64,000 nucleotides of DNA from Hydrolagus colliei (Eukaryota). The position numbers were made by a program, and so were the translations under genes. The notes beneath the pieces were generated by a model, which worked only from the letters and a program-made list of their open reading frames with translations, searched no databases and had not been told where the DNA came from. The stretch is from positions 15,252,001 through 15,316,000 of the forward strand of contig CM068745.1 of assembly GCA_035084275.1 (NCBI GenBank). Reading direction: 5' to 3'. Below are positions 39,201-50,308 of this stretch, piece after piece; the first letter of the stretch is position 1, and each line of letters starts with the position of its first letter.

Positions 39201-39779
39201 AAGAATCATAAATAGCAACAAGATTACATTTGTATAGCACTTTTTATGTCGGGAGGACGTGCCCAAACACTTGCTGTTTGCCTGATTATGCTCAGAGACA
39301 TGGACTGATGTCCATTAACAGAGGTAGTCCTTTTACAACAATCAAAGGAATCCCACCACAATAAAATGGTTGATCTTAAAGTGATTTACTGAGGAGTCCA
39401 TTTAAATCCAAATTTACCACAATACTTGGGGGAAGGGGGAGGGGGTTGTGGGGGGGAAATCCTTCCAGTTTCCTTTGTTTTGCTTACTAGAGCCTTGGTC
39501 CTCCCAACGTGAAAGGCGCTACATGTAATTTTGTTGTTGTTGTACTAATACGGGTATCCTTCTTTGCTGAAATGGTGATGTTAACTGGACGTCAAATAAA
39601 GTATCCGTAATGGGAAATATTCAAACATTTTACAGAACAATATCACGTCCAACAAAAGAACATAAAAGGTCATATGTAGTCAGCATGATTTTAGAAGCAA
39701 TGGGTCACCCTTCACAAATCTGGTGGAATTCTTGGAATAAGTAACTGAGTGAGTGGTCAAAGGCTGAACTGAAAACTGG

Positions 39780-40220
39780 CTTATCAAAACTAAGAAGGTA
39801 GTAAATGGACTGGTGTCTGGTTACTGATGGCAATCTTCTGAGGGTTTCTTCCAGATCCTTTGCAGTTTCAATTATTCGGAAATGAAATGGAAGATATAGC
39901 ACTTAGTGATAGTTCACAATTACACGAGTTGGAATAGTTAGTGGGAAGAAATGGGAGTTTCTTCTCTTTAGAGCTGAAAAGGTTTAAGGGGAGGTTTAAT
40001 AGAGATATTCAAAATTATGAGGGGTTTTGATAAGAGTAAATAAGAAGAAACTATTTCCATTGGTAAACAGAGGACACAGATTTAAGATAATTGGTAAAAA
40101 AAAGAACCAGAGATGAGATTGTTTTTTAATGCAGCGAGTTGTTACAATCCTCAACACACTGCCTGAAAGGGTGGTGCAAGCAGATTCAATAATAACTTTC
40201 AAAAGGGATTTGGACATATA
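39780..40220 (+). mobile_element. Degenerate CR1 3' fragment
   Basis: QRVVTILNTLPERVVQADSIITFKRDLDIY. Confidence 0.8.
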
Positions 40221-41339
40221 CAGTACAGTACTTGTAATTATTTACAAAAATTGCAAAGAGTTCCTGCTCCCAGTGACTGGTCTGGCCTTCCAAATCCTAC
40301 CGATGAGCTAGGCTGGCTTCCCTGTTATCAGCATTGCCTTGGAATATCCTGGACCTTCCTGGCTCAGGAACTGGACGACTGAGACCACTACACAGGGTAG
40401 GTTTAATTCCAACATTCAGTTGCAAACTGCTGTGCTCATCAATAATTCATCAGATGATTGGTCAGTTAACTCATGGTTGTTTGTGGGATTGTTCGCCCAC
40501 AAAATATACACCCAATTCACTTTACAGTATATTCTGTGAAGTGCTTTGAAATGCCTCGAAGACATAATGCAAGGATTATTATTATTATTATTATTACCTT
40601 CTTGCTGCTGCAGATGGTTGACGCATTGACTTACAAATTTAATTTTGTGGTTGGGTTAGAAAAAATGTCACCTCAGCAGTAATTACTTGTTATGGCACTT
40701 TAAGATAGTTCAAAATGATAAAAGCACTGTTTAAATGCAAGTTTGGCTTTCTTTCTGGAATATCCATTCTACTATTGACTTGAAATTACATTTGTTGTTG
40801 TTCCTCCTTCTCTCAACAGACCACTTCCCATGGCCTCAGCCATTCAGAATTCACTGGATCCTGGGAGTATTTATTTGATCGTCATCTATTCCTACATCCT
40901 CCAAAACAATACAATCCTCAAATACGTAAGTGCCCAGTTCTTTTTTGAAGATGTTTATCAATGCAGCCCAATATCTTGACCAATCCAGGCCTTTAATGTT
41001 TTATCAATACTTGGATAGACGTCAAAGAAATATAGCCATGCAATAATTCAAGGCAACTTTAATGCAGAACCTCAATTTGTTAAATCATTTTTTGAATAAT
41101 TTCCTGAAGGTTATATGCAAGGTCCACCTCACATCCGGAGGACGATTAGTGCTCATGAAACCAAACTCACAAAAGTTAATGTTCTTCAGCAGACAAGAGG
41201 AGAAAATTAGAGATGGAAAGTAGTTAATACCAGTCTTTAAAAAGTGATCATCATTCTTGAAACAGCAACTTTTTAAAATAGCAAACAACAAAGTCAAGTT
41301 ATATATACTGTGTATATAGTACAAAAACACAACATACTG

Positions 41340-41545
41340 CAGTTGCTGCAAATCTGAAACTTAAACGGAAATCATTGGGAACACTCAGCAGGTTAGGCAG
41401 CATCTATGGAGATACAAAAGTGAGTTAATGTTTTGAGTTCATGACCCTTTGTGAGAAAGGTCGGTTCTGATGAAGGGTTGTGGACCCGAAATGTTGACTC
41501 ACTTTCTTTCCTTTCTCCATAGATGCTGCCTGACCTACCAAGTGT
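41340..41545. mobile_element. Fold-back (palindromic) element, probably Penelope-derived
   Basis: 41381-41457 is an imperfect reverse complement of 41465-41545; second, SINE-disrupted copy at 18160-18253 + 18561-18635. Confidence 0.65.
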
Positions 41546-42647
41546 GCCACAGTTATACAGTGCCTTTCACAGCAGAAGCACGTTCCAACTGCTGGTACTA
41601 AGGTGCTGATAAATCTTGTATCATTCTGAATCCTGTGTAATGATTGACCAGCAGGTAAGATCCCTAAACAGTCCACGAGTGCCTCACAAAGCTTTAGAAC
41701 AATTAATTATTATTTTACTAACCTATAAGAAGTTGCCTGTGCCGATAACAATGCCCTCTTAAGATATCTTTGGAATTTATCCCCCCAAGTTTCTGGCAAT
41801 GAGGAAAAATTAACTCGTATAAAGATACAGAAAGATTTACATTGTCTGAAAATATCCAAACATGTGACATTCCTATTTCAATATCAAAACAAATGCAACA
41901 GGAGGAATGCATGTAACTTTGTAGCATTTTTCATGCAGTATAAAATCCAAGATATAATATGATTGTATTTTCAGAGTAAAGCACATTTCAGAGTCAGAAA
42001 AAAAGTTTTTGTGGATATTTGAGGAACCAGGAATATGCATGGTGTGTAAACAAGGTGCTATAGGGACATGCACTCTCTAAATTTAAACAACTAGAATTTT
42101 TTTTATTAAAGTAGGAAATTCTTTAGACAGCAGCTTTGGGACGTCTTCCCGACGTGAAAGGCTAAATGTAATTTTGTTGTTGTTGTTGGGGAGGGAGGAA
42201 GAGAGAGAAAAAAGGTCTTGCCCAAAACTTGTCCTTGTAGCTTAAAAACCCTATGAGACCTGACATAAAAAACAAATAAGACAGAAAGTTGCAAATCTAA
42301 ATTGGAAGGTTTACTGACTACTGTTGGTATATTCCAGTGGTTGGGTTTACTCAATCCACAATATACTAATCTCATTAGTATAGTTAATTGTTGCTACTAT
42401 TACTTTGATATAAATAGTTAAAAAGCCATTCCATAAGTGCAACATGTTGTTCTATAAGTGCTAGTTATACAGTAAAACTCACATAAGCCCTATGAGTCAT
42501 TTAACAACAATAACAACACAATTACATTTATGTAGCACTTTTCACATTGGGAGGACGTCCCAAGTGCTTGACTGCCTCCTTACAAATAACTCAGGTGAAG
42601 TCCAAGTTGCAGGCAAACTGTAGAAGTCATAGAAAACCTGTTTTAAT

Positions 42648-42850
42648 CAATAGCAGTATACTGCACAGGCATCATCCAATAGCAGTATACTGCACAGGCA
42701 TCATCCAATAGCAGTATACTGCACAGGCATCATCCAAAAGCAGTATACTGCACAGGCATCATCCAATAGCAGTATACTGCACAGGCATCATCCAATAGCA
42801 GTATACTGCACAGGCATAATTCAATAGCAGTATACTGCACAGGCATCATT
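42648..42850. repeat. Minisatellite, 7 x 29 bp (CAATAGCAGTATACTGCACAGGCATCATC)
   Basis: Units start at 42648, 42677, 42706, 42735, 42764, 42793 and 42822; few substitutions; no spacers. Confidence 0.95.
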
Positions 42851-43274
42851 CAATGCAGTCGGAAAGTGCATATGCAACTGGTGAGTGCGCATGCGGTGAC
42901 AGGTCAAGACAATGTTTCCCGTGATTCAATGTGTCTTGGAAACTTACCGGCAAACAATGTTATTCCGTTGAATTGTGGAAAATGAAGTTCCTTGTGCATG
43001 TGGCGATAGACCAAGACTACGCATTCAGCGCAGCTGGGAGGTCAGTGCAAGCGTGTCAATGGGGGAACGTCATTCCCCACGTTTCAACGCAGCTGGTTGA
43101 TGCGGTGATTAATGGTGGATAGAGGAGCGATGTTACCAGTTAGAAGATAGTTTGTTTATAAAGTACAACTAGTGCAAAGACATCTAAGTGTTTTGATAGG
43201 AAACTGAATTGAGACTGGGATGTGTAAGCACTTCGGATACTACCCTGCATGAGGGGCGCTATATAAATTAGTTA

Positions 43275-44860
43275 TATAACAACAACAACTAAACCTTATA
43301 GAGCGCCTTTCACGTCGGGAGGACGTCCCAAGGCGCTGCACAGGAGGCGTGTGACCCGAGCTGGGAGGGGGGTGTTCGGGAAGGGGTGAAACACGTAGGG
43401 GAGGTCTAAAAATTTGGGGGGGAACAAAAGGCACGTTCGAAGAGAAAAGTCTTCAAACCGGCCTTGAAAGAGGAAAGGGAAGAAACAAGGCGGAGGGATT
43501 GGGGGATGGAATTCCATAGGGTGGGAGCGGAGAAACTGAAGGCCCGGCCTCCGATGGTGGGGCGGTTCGGGCGGGGGGCTTGGAGCAGGCCAAGTCCTGC
43601 TGAACGGAGGGTCTGGGTGGGCTTATAGGGGGAAAGTAGATTGGTTAAATAGGGCGGGGCAAGGCCGTGTAAGACCTTGAAGGTGAGGACGAAGATCTTG
43701 AACTCGATCCTCTGGGGGATGGGGAGCCAGTGGAGACAGGTGAGGGTGGGGGTTATGTGGTCACGAGGCGGGTGCGGGATAGTACACGGGCTGCAGAGTT
43801 TTGGATGACCTGCAGCTTGTGAATGGAGGAGCTGGGGAGGCCGACGAGGAGAGTTTCCGTAGTCCAGCCGTGAGGTGATGTATGCGTGCACGAGTGTTTC
43901 GGCAGCGCGGGGGGTGAGGTAGTTGCGGAGCCTGGCAATGTTGCGTAGGTGGAAATAAGCGGTGCCGGTCAAGGCACGGATGTGGGGGAAGAAGGAGAGT
44001 TTATGGTCGAACGTGATGCCGAGGTTCCTGACTGGCTTTGTGAGGTGGAGAGTACAGCCTTGAATGTTGAGTCTGGCAGCGCCCGATGTATTGAGGCGCT
44101 GGCTTGAGCCAATCAGAAGGGCCTCGGTCTTGCTCACGTTCAATTGGAGGAAGTTGTCCCTCGTCCAGGACTCAATGTCGGACAGACATGCTGTCAGAAC
44201 ATCGATGGTCTGGGGGTTGAGGGATAAGGCAGAAAGGTACACCTGGGTGTCGTCCGCATACATGTGGAAATTTACCCCATGTTTGCGGATGACATCGCCC
44301 AGAGGGAGCGTGTAAATGGTGAACAGGAGGGGGCCGAGGACAGAGCCCTGAGGGACACCGTGAGAAACTGTGCGGGGGTTTGAGGAGAAACCGTTGGAAG
44401 ATACAAAATGTAGGCGGTGGGTCAGGTAGGAATGGAACCAGTCAAGGACTGTGCCTTGAAGGTTGAGGTGGGAGGAAAGACGTTGAAGGAGGATGGTGTG
44501 ATCGACTGTGTCGAACACAGCAGACAGGTCAAGGAGGACGAGGAGGCAGAGGGAGCCCTGGTCGCAGGCAGTTACGATGTCATTAGTGACATTGACCAGG
44601 GCAGTTTCTGTACTGTGGATAGGGCGGAAGCCTGATTGGAGGCGTTCAAGGAGTGAGTGAGTTGAGAGGAAAGAACGGAGCTGGGAGGCAACCACTCTTT
44701 CAAGGACCTTAGATAAAAACGGGAGGTTGGAGATGGGTCGGTAGCCTGATGGCTGCGACGCATCAAGGGAGGGGTTTTTTCAGGATAGGGGTGATGGTGG
44801 CTGTTTTAAGGGAGGTAGGGACGGTGCCTGAGGAGGGGGAAAGGTTGATGGTGTCAGAAA
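43275..44860 (-). mobile_element. 5'-truncated L2-clade LINE with reverse transcriptase region and complete 3' tail
   Basis: ORF 43406-44695 with QSGFR..HSTETAL, LLDLSAVFDTVDH, GVPQGSVLGPLLF, YADD, LHWLPI..RIEFK; a short frameshifted stretch near 43750-43850; ends in stem-loop + (TTG)n. Confidence 0.95.
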
Positions 44861-44977
44861 TAAAGTTGTTTTTGTCGCACACCCCAACTCTTCCCTCCAC
44901 AAGCTACAAATAATCTTTGCATTTTGATGTGGCGCTTTTCACATCTTCTAAACGTCTCAAAGTCTTTCACAGAATAT

Positions 44978-45447
44978 ACCCCCACCTTCGCTCAGCTCCA
45001 TTGGCTCCCCATCCCTCAGAGAATTGAATTCAAGATACTTGTCCTCACTTTCAAGGTCCCCCATGGCCTTGCCTCCTCCTACCTTTCTGACTTGCTGATC
45101 CCCTATCTACCTGTCCTTTCCTCCGTTCAGCAGGCTCTGGTCTGCTCCATGTCTCCCATGCTCCTGTCCTATCATCGGTGGCTGGGCTTTCAGTCTTTAT
45201 GCCCCTACCTATTGGAATGCTATCCCAGTCACTTCGTCTTGCTCCCTCTCTTGCCTCCTCCAAGGCACGACTCAAGACCCTCAGTTTCCACTGTGCCTTC
45301 AGCTGCCCTCCTACCCCCTCTACCATCCCTCATCCCAAACCTACACTCACCCCCCTACCCATGCTCTGCTCTTGATCCCTGACTGTTCAACACTCTGCAA
45401 TGTCCTCCCGACGTGAAAGGCACTTCACAAATGTAAATTTGTTGTTT
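44978..45447 (+). mobile_element. Older L2 3' fragment
   Basis: TPTFAQLHWLPIPQRIEFKILVLTFKV plus degenerate tail. Confidence 0.85.
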
Positions 45448-45639
45448 TTGAAAACACAAATATAAACATATTACTTATTCGAGTTTTATTCTATATTTCT
45501 ATAACATACAATTAAAAAATGTATTAAAAGATTAAAATTCACAGGTAACTCTGTAGTAGATATGCACAAAGTACAGTGACTCTCTTAAAATTATTTATTT
45601 TTTAAAAAGGTCAAGGGAAACTACAAACTGTGCAGCAAA

Positions 45640-46810
45640 GATGCACGTTAGCAGATATAAACTGAGCAGATAAAGAAAGCAGTTAATGGAGTCTGATATG
45701 AAATGATACCAAATGGGATTTGAAGTGTTATAGGAACATGGAGAAATGTGAGGTGACGCATTTTGGGAGGTGGAATGAGGAAAGGCAATATACAGTAAAA
45801 GCTTGTTTATCCGTGACCCGATCAACCGTAACTTCTGTATAACCGGCACCTTAAAAAGAGTCCCCATTCGATTAAGCGGAATTTATCCGGCAGAATGTAT
45901 TATTAAAAAAAAAAATTGGGGGTGTTTATGGCTGAATATCCGGCACGCGCTTTAATCGGCATTAGTCAGGTCTTGAGGGTACCGGATAAATGGGTTTTTA
46001 CTGCACAACAACAACAAAATTACATTTATAGAGCGCCTTACACGTCGGGAGGACATCTCAAGGCACTGAACAGTTCAGTTGGCTAGATAGTACAATTTTA
46101 AGGGGTGTGAAGGAACAGAGAGACCTGGGGGTTTGCGTAAGTGAATCTTTGAAGGTAGCAGGACAGGTAGATAACTGTTAAAAAAAAAAGCATATGGGCT
46201 ATTAGGCTTGATAAATAGGGGCATAGAGTACAAAAGTCAGGAAGTTCTGATTCAGCTGGAGTACTGTGCTCAATTCTGGTCACCACACTTTAGGAAGGAT
46301 ATTAAGGCATTGGAAAGGGTGCAGAGGAGATTTACCAGGATGGTACCAGGAATGAGGGACTTCAGTTATGAGGAAAGGCTGGAGAGGCTAGATTTTTTCT
46401 CATTGGAACAGAGAAGGTTACGAGGAGACCTTATAGAGGTTTTCAAGAACTTAAGGGGATTCAATTGGGTTAACAGGTAAAAACTGTTACCACTGGTGGG
46501 TGTGTCAGTGATCCGAGGACACAGATTTAAAATAGTTTTTAAAAGTAGCAGAGGAGAAGGTGAGGAGAAATTTTTTCACTCAGCGAGTTGTTTGAATCTC
46601 GAATGTATTGCCTGAAAAGTGGTGGCGGCCGATTCGATAACAACTTTTAAAAGAGAGGTAGACGTTTATTTGGGGAGGACGGGTTTGCTCGGTTATGGGG
46701 AGAGCTGGGGAGTTGCTGGGATTGAGTTGCTCTTTTCAAAGAGCCGGCACAGACTCGGTGGGCCGAATGGCCTCCTTTTGTGCCATAAGATTCTACGATT
46801 CTATGATTTA
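45640..46810 (+). mobile_element. CR1 3' fragment carrying nested MITE and L2-tail insertions
   Basis: QLEYCAQFWSPHFRKDIKALERVQRRFTRMVPG; attctatg tail; collinear with the 47755 copy except for the inserts at 45793-46080. Confidence 0.92.
45793..46003. mobile_element. Tc1/mariner-pogo (Tigger-like) MITE, 211 bp
   Basis: TA|CAGTAAAAGCTTGTTTATCCG ... CGGATAAATGGGTTTTTACTG; 21-bp TIR with 4 mismatches; inserted at a TA in CR1. Confidence 0.75.
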
Positions 46811-46814
46811 TAGG

Positions 46815-47125
46815 AATAGGAGTAGGCTATTCAGCCCTTCGAGTCTGTTCTACCATTTAATTAGATCATGGCTGATCAGTACATCAACTAATTCTTTTAA
46901 TTCCACTTTCTCCCCCTGTATCCCTTAACACCCTGACCTATCAAAAATTTATCAAGCTCACTCTTGAATGGATCCAGCATCCACAACCATTTGGGGGAGA
47001 GAATTCCAGATTTCTACCGCCCTTTGAGTGAACAAAAGTTTCCTGATTTTACTCTTAAATGGCCTGGTTCTAATTTGGATTTCCCCACCAGAGGAAATAG
47101 CTTCTCTAGCTACTTTATCAAATCC
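46815..47125 (-). mobile_element. CR1 3' tail fragment, tail-to-tail with the preceding CR1
   Basis: Reverse complement reads ttcactcaaagggcggtagaaatctggaattctctcccc...gaatagcctactcctattcctat. Confidence 0.75.
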
Positions 47126-47502
47126 CTTTTGTCATCTTTTATAATTGTGACTTTGGTCTCCGATTGTAGAATAGAATTTTTGACATTTACCAAACAGCTA
47201 ATTTTGATCGAGCAAAACAGCCTGACAGTGTTTTTCTTCTCAGCACTTTTCCCCCTGCCCCTCACATTTTAGAAATCGCGATTAGTCAATTTGTGAACAT
47301 TGCGAATTTAAAGTTTTTGAATATTCATGAACAGAAATCGCAATTAATGCTTCGAATCCGATTTGCAAATGTAGCCCAGTGTTAAGAAAGGTTATTGTTT
47401 TTGCATCCTTTATAATGTTAGTGTCACTTGAAGATGGATCATATCACACCTAGGAGATTAATGTCGCCTTAGCGGCCCCTCCAAAGCAATGCTTCACTTG
47501 AA

Positions 47503-47607
47503 TTACATTTCCTTCTTCAACTTTGCCAGAGCAGCCAGATATACGTCTCTTTCATGTCTTCGTGCACTCAGATGTTCTGCATCAGCTGGAATCGTCAAGG
47601 ACAGCTC
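47503..47607 (-). CDS. CRYL1: Lambda-crystallin homolog (L-gulonate 3-dehydrogenase), terminal coding exon
   Basis: ctcAG|GAG..., translates ELSLTIPADAEHLSARRHERDVYLAALAKLKKEM*, matching the CRYL1 C-terminus (human [26 protein letters not shown]); phase 0 joins the preceding exon. Confidence 0.9.
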   Translation of the reverse strand, partial: ELSLTIPADAEHLSARRHERDVYLAALAKLKKEM

Positions 47608-47754
47608 CTGAGATGTGGAGAATTTATTGAGAGGTTATATGTACTGAGATCAACAAGAAACCTTATGCACATTTTGTAGAATTATATTCAGGCATTACAG
47701 GTTTGCAGACACCATTCTGATTTTTAGAACTGTAAAAATTTACAGCAGAGAAGG

Positions 47755-48702
47755 ATTTGGGTTTAGGGAGTACGGTTTCCAAATTTGCAGATGATACTAA
47801 ATTAGGGAGAATAGTAAATAGTGAGGAGGATAGTAGCCATCTGCAAGAGGATATAGATAAAATGGTAAAGTGGGCAGACACATGGAAGATGAAGTTTAAT
47901 ACAGAGATGTGTGAGATGATACACTTTGGGAGAAGAAATGAGGGGAGATAATATAGGCTAGATAGTACAATTTTAAAGGGTGTGAAGGAACAGAGAGACC
48001 TGGGGATTTGTGTCAGTGACTTTTTGAAAGTGGCAGGACAGGTAGACAAAGCCATTAAGAAGGCATATAGGATTCTAGGCTTTATAAATAGGGGTATAGA
48101 ATACAAAAGTCAGGAAGTGCTGATTAACCTCTATAAGATTTTGGTTAGGCCTCAGCTGGAGTACTGTGTATAATTCTGGTCACCACAATTTAGGAAGAAT
48201 ATTAAAGCATTGGAAAGGGTGCAGAGGAGATTTACTAGGATGGTACCAGGAATGAGGGACTTCAGCTACGAGGAAAGGCTAGATAGGCTAGGCTTATTCT
48301 CTCTAGAACAAAGAAGATTGAGAGGAGACCTAATAGAGGTTTATAAGATTATGAGAGGTTTTGACAGGGTGAATAGGAAAAGACTATTTCCATTGGTGGC
48401 GAATCAGTGACTCGTGGTCACAGATTTAAAATAGTTTCAAAACGAAGCAGAGGAGAGCTGAGGAGAATTTTTTTCACTCACCGGGTTGTTCGAATCTGGA
48501 ATGCATTGCCTGAAAAGGTGGTGGAGGCAGATTCCATAACAGCTTTTAAAAGGGAACTAGATCTTTATTTAGGAAGAGCAGGTCTGTTAGGTTATGGGGA
48601 TAAAGCTGGGCAGTGGGATTGAGTTACTCTGTTCAAAGAGCCGGCACAGACTAGATGGGCCGAATTGTCTCCTTTTGTGCCATAAAATTCTATGATTCTA
48701 TG
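47755..48702 (+). mobile_element. CR1-clade LINE 3' fragment in the last CRYL1 intron
   Basis: SKFADDTKLG, LVRPQLEYCV, ERVQRRFTRMVPG, LEQRRLRGDLIEVYKI, RVVRIWNALP; (ATTCTATG)n tail. Confidence 0.95.
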
Positions 48703-49029
48703 AGAAGGAAACCATCAGCCCACTGTGCCTGAACTGACTCTTCGAAAGCTCTGTCCACTCTATGCACATTCTGCTGCCTTTTCCTCAAACACTTTTATAT
48801 TTCTCCTTTCAGTTACAACTTGCATTTACATAGACCCTACCCGTGTGGTCCCAGAGCTCTGAACAATGGTTAGATTTAGGCCTAGCTGGGGAGAAAGGGA
48901 AGATCAAAGTCGAAAGGGAAGGTCTTTAGGTGCAATGGGTAATGCGTGGGCAAGGTAGAGGGATTGAGACAGAAAATTCCAGAGGTATGGGGCATAGTGG
49001 CTGAAGACACCGACAAATATTGAAGGCGC

Positions 49030-49600
49030 AGATAATTATCTAATTCTCTTTTGAAAAGTAATATTTATTCTGCCTCAAATCACGATTCCAGATAAAGCAT
49101 TCCACACCCTAACAACCATTTGTGTGTATAACAAATTCTCCTAACCCCTCACTTTGTTGAGTTAATTATTTTAAATCCATGCCCTCTAGAGACTGACTCA
49201 TCAGCCAAAGGAAAACGTTGCTCCCTGCTTACATTGTCATCTCATCATTTCAAAAACCTATGTAGAGATCTGCCCTAAACCCATATCATGTCTCTTTTGT
49301 ACCTTCTGTGTTCCAGGGAAAAACAACCCCAGGTTCTCCAATGTTTCCCATTGAGTAAAAACTTCCGGTGTCACCCTCAGTGAAGTTTTGTTGTTGTTTG
49401 CTTGTAATTTTGTCTGCTTGTAATTTTGTTGTTGTTTCCAATGCTTTGGTATGCTTCCTATAAATGCCATGAGACGTCCTCCCGACATAAAAGGCGCTCT
49501 ATAAATGTTAATTTTGTTGTTGTATAAGTGAAGTACCAGAAACTGGATACATAACTCCCAATAGTAGCCTAACTAACGATTTATATAGACTTAGCATTAC
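49030..49600 (-). mobile_element. Degenerate CR1 fragment with inserted L2 tails
   Basis: Reverse-complement similarity to the CR1 3' region (gttgttagggtgtggaatgcttta). Confidence 0.6.
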
Positions 49601-50201
49601 CTCTTTGTTACTTACATTACATTACTCATTGAACATTGTGCCAACCAAAAAGTTAAAACTACCTTATTGTATTATGAGGCAGGCATAATCAATCATAATA
49701 AATGAGTGGATGGAGAGAGATGGATGAAAAGGAGGGAACCCTGGCTGAAATTACTCTCCACAACTGACATTGTAAAGGTTTACTTTCTCCTGTCTTCCCG
49801 GGGAAATACTTGGCATCTACTCAATGATTCTTGCTCATAGATTGACCAAGATATTCACTTACGCATTCATCAGCTTATGCTTTAATGCGTCCAAGCAACA
49901 AGATGCTACAAGGTTGAATAAACCTGAAACTGAAGAATTTCACTCCAGAATGAATCCTATTTGTAAATCAGTTATTACCTGTGAAATCTTTGAGATGTTT
50001 TGAAGTGACTATAAAAATCACTAACTCTATCTGATAATTTGCTTTGTTTACTTGGGCTAACAGTAATCTCAGGCCTCTCCCGCTTGGGTTTGTGTCTCTG
50101 TATCAGGATGGCTTCCATCCCTTTGAAAATCACTGCAGTGTCTTTTTAATCTTGCAAATTTAGTAAATGCATGGATTATTATTAGTAACTGTGTACAGCA
50201 C

Positions 50202-50308
50202 CTGATGAATATTCTGGATGTCATCTTCACGGAATTCGGGTGGGGGTCCAAAGGACGAAAGCACTCGTTTAATGCCCGTAGCATAACGCTCACAGTAATT
50301 CTTGATAC
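50202..50308 (-). CDS. CRYL1: CRYL1 penultimate coding exon (107 bp)
   Basis: tgtcAG|GT ATC AAG...CAT CAG|GTgctg; (G)IKNYCERYATGIKRVLSSFGPPPEFREDDIQNIHQ versus human [26 protein letters not shown]; phases 1/0 fit the neighbouring exons. Confidence 0.93.

Noticed and set aside
42648-42850. 29-bp palindromic repeats resembling a CRISPR array
   Set aside because: Units are head-to-tail with no spacers, there are no cas genes, and the context is vertebrate
43406-44695. 429-aa reverse transcriptase ORF as a domesticated or novel RT gene
   Set aside because: 5'-truncated (no endonuclease), internally frameshifted, ends in the ordinary L2 tail, and has near-identical sibling fragments in the window
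50069-50293. ORF ending FARLKRH..., superficially like the CRYL1 C-terminus
   Set aside because: Wrong frame relative to the true exon, read-through in the correct frame stops within ~15 codons, and the genuine last exon is at 47503-47607
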